Below, piece by piece: positions 60,701-64,000 of a stretch of DNA of 64,000 nucleotides. Under the pieces are notes generated by a model. It did no database searches and was not told the origin of the DNA. It saw only the letters and a program-made list of their open reading frames with translations. Source of the DNA: Takakia lepidozioides (Eukaryota; Plantae; Bryophyta); the NCBI GenBank assembly GCA_030704615.1, contig CM060731.1, positions 14,756,001 through 14,820,000 on the forward strand. The letters are read 5' to 3'. The position numbers and the translations under genes are program-made. Position 1 is the first letter of the stretch; every line of letters starts with the position of its first letter.

Positions 60701-61281
60701 GAGACTCATTATATCTTCCAAAGTGCCCCACCACAAATAGACTCGATAGAACTGCAAGAAAGGTGATGGTGTGACAGAACAATGAGATGAAGCAAGGCAC
60801 ATCTAGAGTATACAAACCTTTTGTTGCGCTCGTGCATAGGCAGATTTGCAAAACGACCGATGACGTCCTCAATACTGCTCCATCACAAAGTACCACTCCC
60901 ACTGGTCACTATATATTGATGTAGACGACGGCAATTGTGACAACTTGGCATGCCACTTCTCCAAGCTAGTATGCCGTGGCCCACGATAGGACATAGACCC
61001 AACTGGCGGATATGCATTCTCTACCCACTTCAAGGTCTCGGAACACTACTACTTGGAGGCTCCACAAAAGTCAAACTTTATCTAGTCCGATCGACATACC
61101 TGCAATTGCAGTACTGAGTAAGCTTGGCTGACGGTGAGAACATAATGAGAGCGATGTCGATGTCGCACAGAACTGATAGCTCATATGCCTTCTTAATGAG
61201 TCCATTGCGCCTCTTGGAATACGTCACCTGGCGATTAGTGGGATTCTCGATTTTCTTTATTTCCAACTTCACCCTTCCCAT
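57717..61281 (-). CDS. MIKC*-type MADS-box transcription factor, paralog 2 (exon 3 apparently lost, extreme C-terminus uncertain)
   Basis: Exons 61100-61281, 60818-60874, 60515-60533, 60262-60335, 60032-60050, 59577-59638, 59322-59430, 59144-59194, 58964-58996, 58478-58617, 57913-58279, then probably 57717-57732. The frame is intact if the degenerate exon 3 (60677-60722) is skipped. Confidence 0.88.
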
Positions 61282-62359
61282 CACTCCTCCTTAAATTCGC
61301 TGCTTCTCCCTCTTCGTCTTCGTCCGGTCTGCACCTTGCTCGGAATGTAACCTCTCCCCCCTGAATGAAGCTCCTACCAAAAGCCCTTGATTGCGTCTAC
61401 AATGGAACATGTAGCCGATTAATAAAACAACTACACTTTGGCCCAAGCACTTGCAGTCAGTCAATCAGCGGTGCTTAACTTCCATTCAACTCCTCAACTT
61501 CTCTCATGGTACTAGTAGCTTCCTCCCCTCACAAACCACGGAGATCACCACAAATAAAAACCCAGTTTCGAAAGCTGATCAAGTGGGCAACTTAACAGTT
61601 CGAGAAGAGAAATCTCCAAGAAAGCAGCAGCAATGCGTGCAAGTGGGAAGAGACAAGGCGGCCAGCCAGTGTGTGTTGGGTGAGGTCGCGAGAGTAGGCA
61701 GCTCGAGCTCTGTTCCGCCAATGTGGAGGTGGGCCCGCTGGTTCAACCGAGAGAATAATCTAAAAAGAGTTAGTGATTAATATACTCGCGCACTCGAGCA
61801 CGCTAGATTTCACCGCGGTAAAAGGGAGTGATGGGCAGGCGGGGTGGGTGAATAACTCGCTGGCGAGGCAGAGTCTCGGCAGTCGAGCCGCGGCGTTTTC
61901 GCCGTGCGTGCCTGCCGCATTGCGTCACGCACGGAGGCGCCGCGAGGGGGCCGGCCGTGCTGGCCTCGCGCCGCATCCCCATCTGTTCACAGTGCAAGCT
62001 TGCACTGTCCAGACTCGAACTCATCAGCCAAGCTGCTCAAGCGGGTATATTTCTGTTCCATCTGTGCAACCAAGTAGGTTGTGTGGAGGGACGAAGATGA
62101 GTAGACAGTAGAGGCAAGGCATGGGAGGATTGAGGATGGGGAATTGGAAGCATGGGAGAGTTTGAGAAGGAGAATGCAAAAGGAAAAAACAAGGTGGGTT
62201 CTTTCTGGTTCTCCTACTTGCAAGTTGGTATCTTCTCCGACGTTGTTGTTGGTGTGAAGCGAGTGCAAGAGAAGAGATAAGAGAAAGGACCGAGGACACC
62301 TGGGTGGCAATTCTTCGAGAAGAGGAAGAAAAGAGCAATTCTCGGAGAAGAGGAAAGAA
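61282..62359. promoter_or_regulatory. Divergent intergenic region (1078 bp between ATGs) shared by MADS paralogs 2 and 3
   Basis: Head-to-head ATGs at 61281 and 62360, a GC-rich core at about 61830-61980, and the conserved block 61648-61821. Confidence 0.65.
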
Positions 62360-64000
62360 ATGGGAAGGGTGAAGTTGGAGATAAAAAAAATTGAGAATCC
62401 TACCAACAGGCAGGTGACGTATTCGAAGAGGCGCAATGGACTTATTAAGAAGGCGTATGAGCTATCAGTGCTTTGCGACATCGACATCGCGCTCATTATG
62501 TTCTCGCCCTCGGGAAAACTGACGCAGTACTGCAATTGCAGGTGTGATGTGTGATGGTTCAACTTTTTCTGGCAACGTTTGAAGAGTCTCTTGCAACAGT
62601 GTGTGAGCAGAGAAATGTGAGTGCACTTAGCTTGAGTAGCTTGAGTAGCTTGAGGAGGAAGTGGTAGCACAAGTTGTCAAGATTTTTCTACAGTAATAAT
62701 TTACAAAGTCCCTCTTTCGGGGGGAATGTTGGTTTGTTGGGGGCAGTATTGAGGACGTCATCGGTCGGTTTGCGAATTTGCCCATGCACGAGCGCAACAA
62801 AAGGTGTGCATCTTCCTTCCGCCCTCTCTCTTCGTTATGTTAAACCACCAACTTTCCTTGAACTTCTAGCGAGTCTTTTTTTCTTTGTGGTGGGGCAGTT
62901 TTCAGGATATGATGACTCGCTACTCGAATTTCATGCATCATGACCTCAGCAAATATAGGTGTGCATCCCTCCTTTTCCATTGAATTATTCATCTATAGGT
63001 CCCACTTCTGGCAAATTCCTCTACTGGATCATGTGATATCATGCTCAGTTTTGTTTCAAAGTAGTGACCCTATTCCTTACTGTCTGTGTCAAAGTGTTGT
63101 AATGTAACCAGGGTTTTGGGGTGTTATACATGTAATGTGGCGCCATATTATCGCAATTCAGAAAGATTGAGAACTTGGAGGTATGCTGGGTCCTTGAACC
63201 TCATCACCCATGTTGGCTTAAGGCTTCTAAGCTACAGATCAGTTTCTGAGCTGAGTGAACAAGGAGAGCAAGGTTGCTTGGTAGGTTTCTGCGAGATACA
63301 CAGACTTGAGATTTTTTTTCCAGAGAAAAACTCAGATAATGAATGGGGATGGGTGCATTTTTGCAGTATCTGCACAAGGCATTGAAGAAGCTATCAGGGG
63401 AAAAGGATCTAGCTTCCAATCAACAACTTATTTCTGGAAAGTGAGTATTATGGCCTTGTTTGCTGTGAATTAAGGTAATATTAGAGAAAACCTAGACATT
63501 TGTAATATATGATTCTGCTGCTTGCTATTGGTATCAACCTTACTAGGCATTGTTGAGCTGCAGGGTGTGATTTGTTCCACGATTTACAATTTACCATTCT
63601 GACATATTTGCATGCACATGATGGGATGTTGGGTTGTCATGTGGGACTTGAGCAATCACAGCCAAAGCTATGAGGTTGGGGTGAGTACTGGCATTTGTTC
63701 CTGGTTTACATATCAGCTGTTGTGAGCTAGCATACGCCATGTTCAAACTTTGAGCTCATTTCCACTAATCTTGTGATGTATATATTTAGTGAAGGTGATG
63801 TTGGCTGTCGGGTTTGTGTGAGATAAGAGCTTGGGCTGGCCAAAGCCCTTGTCTCTGGTGGCCCTATGTCTTACTTCTGTGTGAGGCAGGCATTGTGTTC
63901 TACTTGCATAGTATTTATTTACATCGATTGTAAACTCATTTCTTTTATGGCATGGTAAGATGTGTCAATATTCATCAGAGAAAAGATGGGGTGCAGGTAT
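62360..64000 (+). CDS. MIKC*-type MADS-box transcription factor, paralog 3 (truncated by the window end)
   Basis: Exons 62360-62541, 62747-62803, 62899-62958, 63162-63180, 63367-63440, 63662-63680 and 63997 onward. GT-AG, in phase, and collinear with paralogs 1 and 2. Confidence 0.92.

Noticed and set aside
61987-62670. 227-aa minus-strand ORF
   Set aside because: Antisense shadow of MADS paralog 3 exon 1 and its purine-rich leader.

Overview
Eukaryotic land-plant genomic DNA with GT-AG introns. It is most likely a moss, because the MIKC* MADS genes have the moss-type short-exon I-region. I reconstructed six protein-coding genes exon by exon. (1) CFAP20/BUG22 on minus, 190 aa. (2) A divergently oriented cationic amino-acid transporter (CAT) on plus, 591 aa. 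(3) A 21-exon KEULE/SEC1 (Sec1/Munc18) gene on minus, 667 aa. (4-6) A cluster of three MIKC*-type MADS-box paralogs: two on minus, and a third on plus that is head-to-head with the second and runs off the window end. Intergenic and intronic space is dense with transposons. One RTE/RTEX-like LINE family has a near-full-length 4.86-kb copy and about 8 truncated copies, and every TSD I could resolve begins with TC. There are also hAT MITEs with 8-bp GTnnnnAC TSDs, a Harbinger MITE, a TA-flanked MITE, a Mutator-like element carrying TTAGGG repeats, a small Helitron, two tRNA-derived SINEs, a decayed L1 relic and several tandem repeats. The most unusual signal is a Gln/His/Ser-rich ORF of about 80 codons downstream of the stop codon in both complete MADS paralogs, kept open through frame-preserving indels. 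Also notable are paralog-specific loss of splice acceptors in the second MADS gene, and repeated LINE insertion at the same TC-rich sites. All coordinates were read by eye and no database searches were run.
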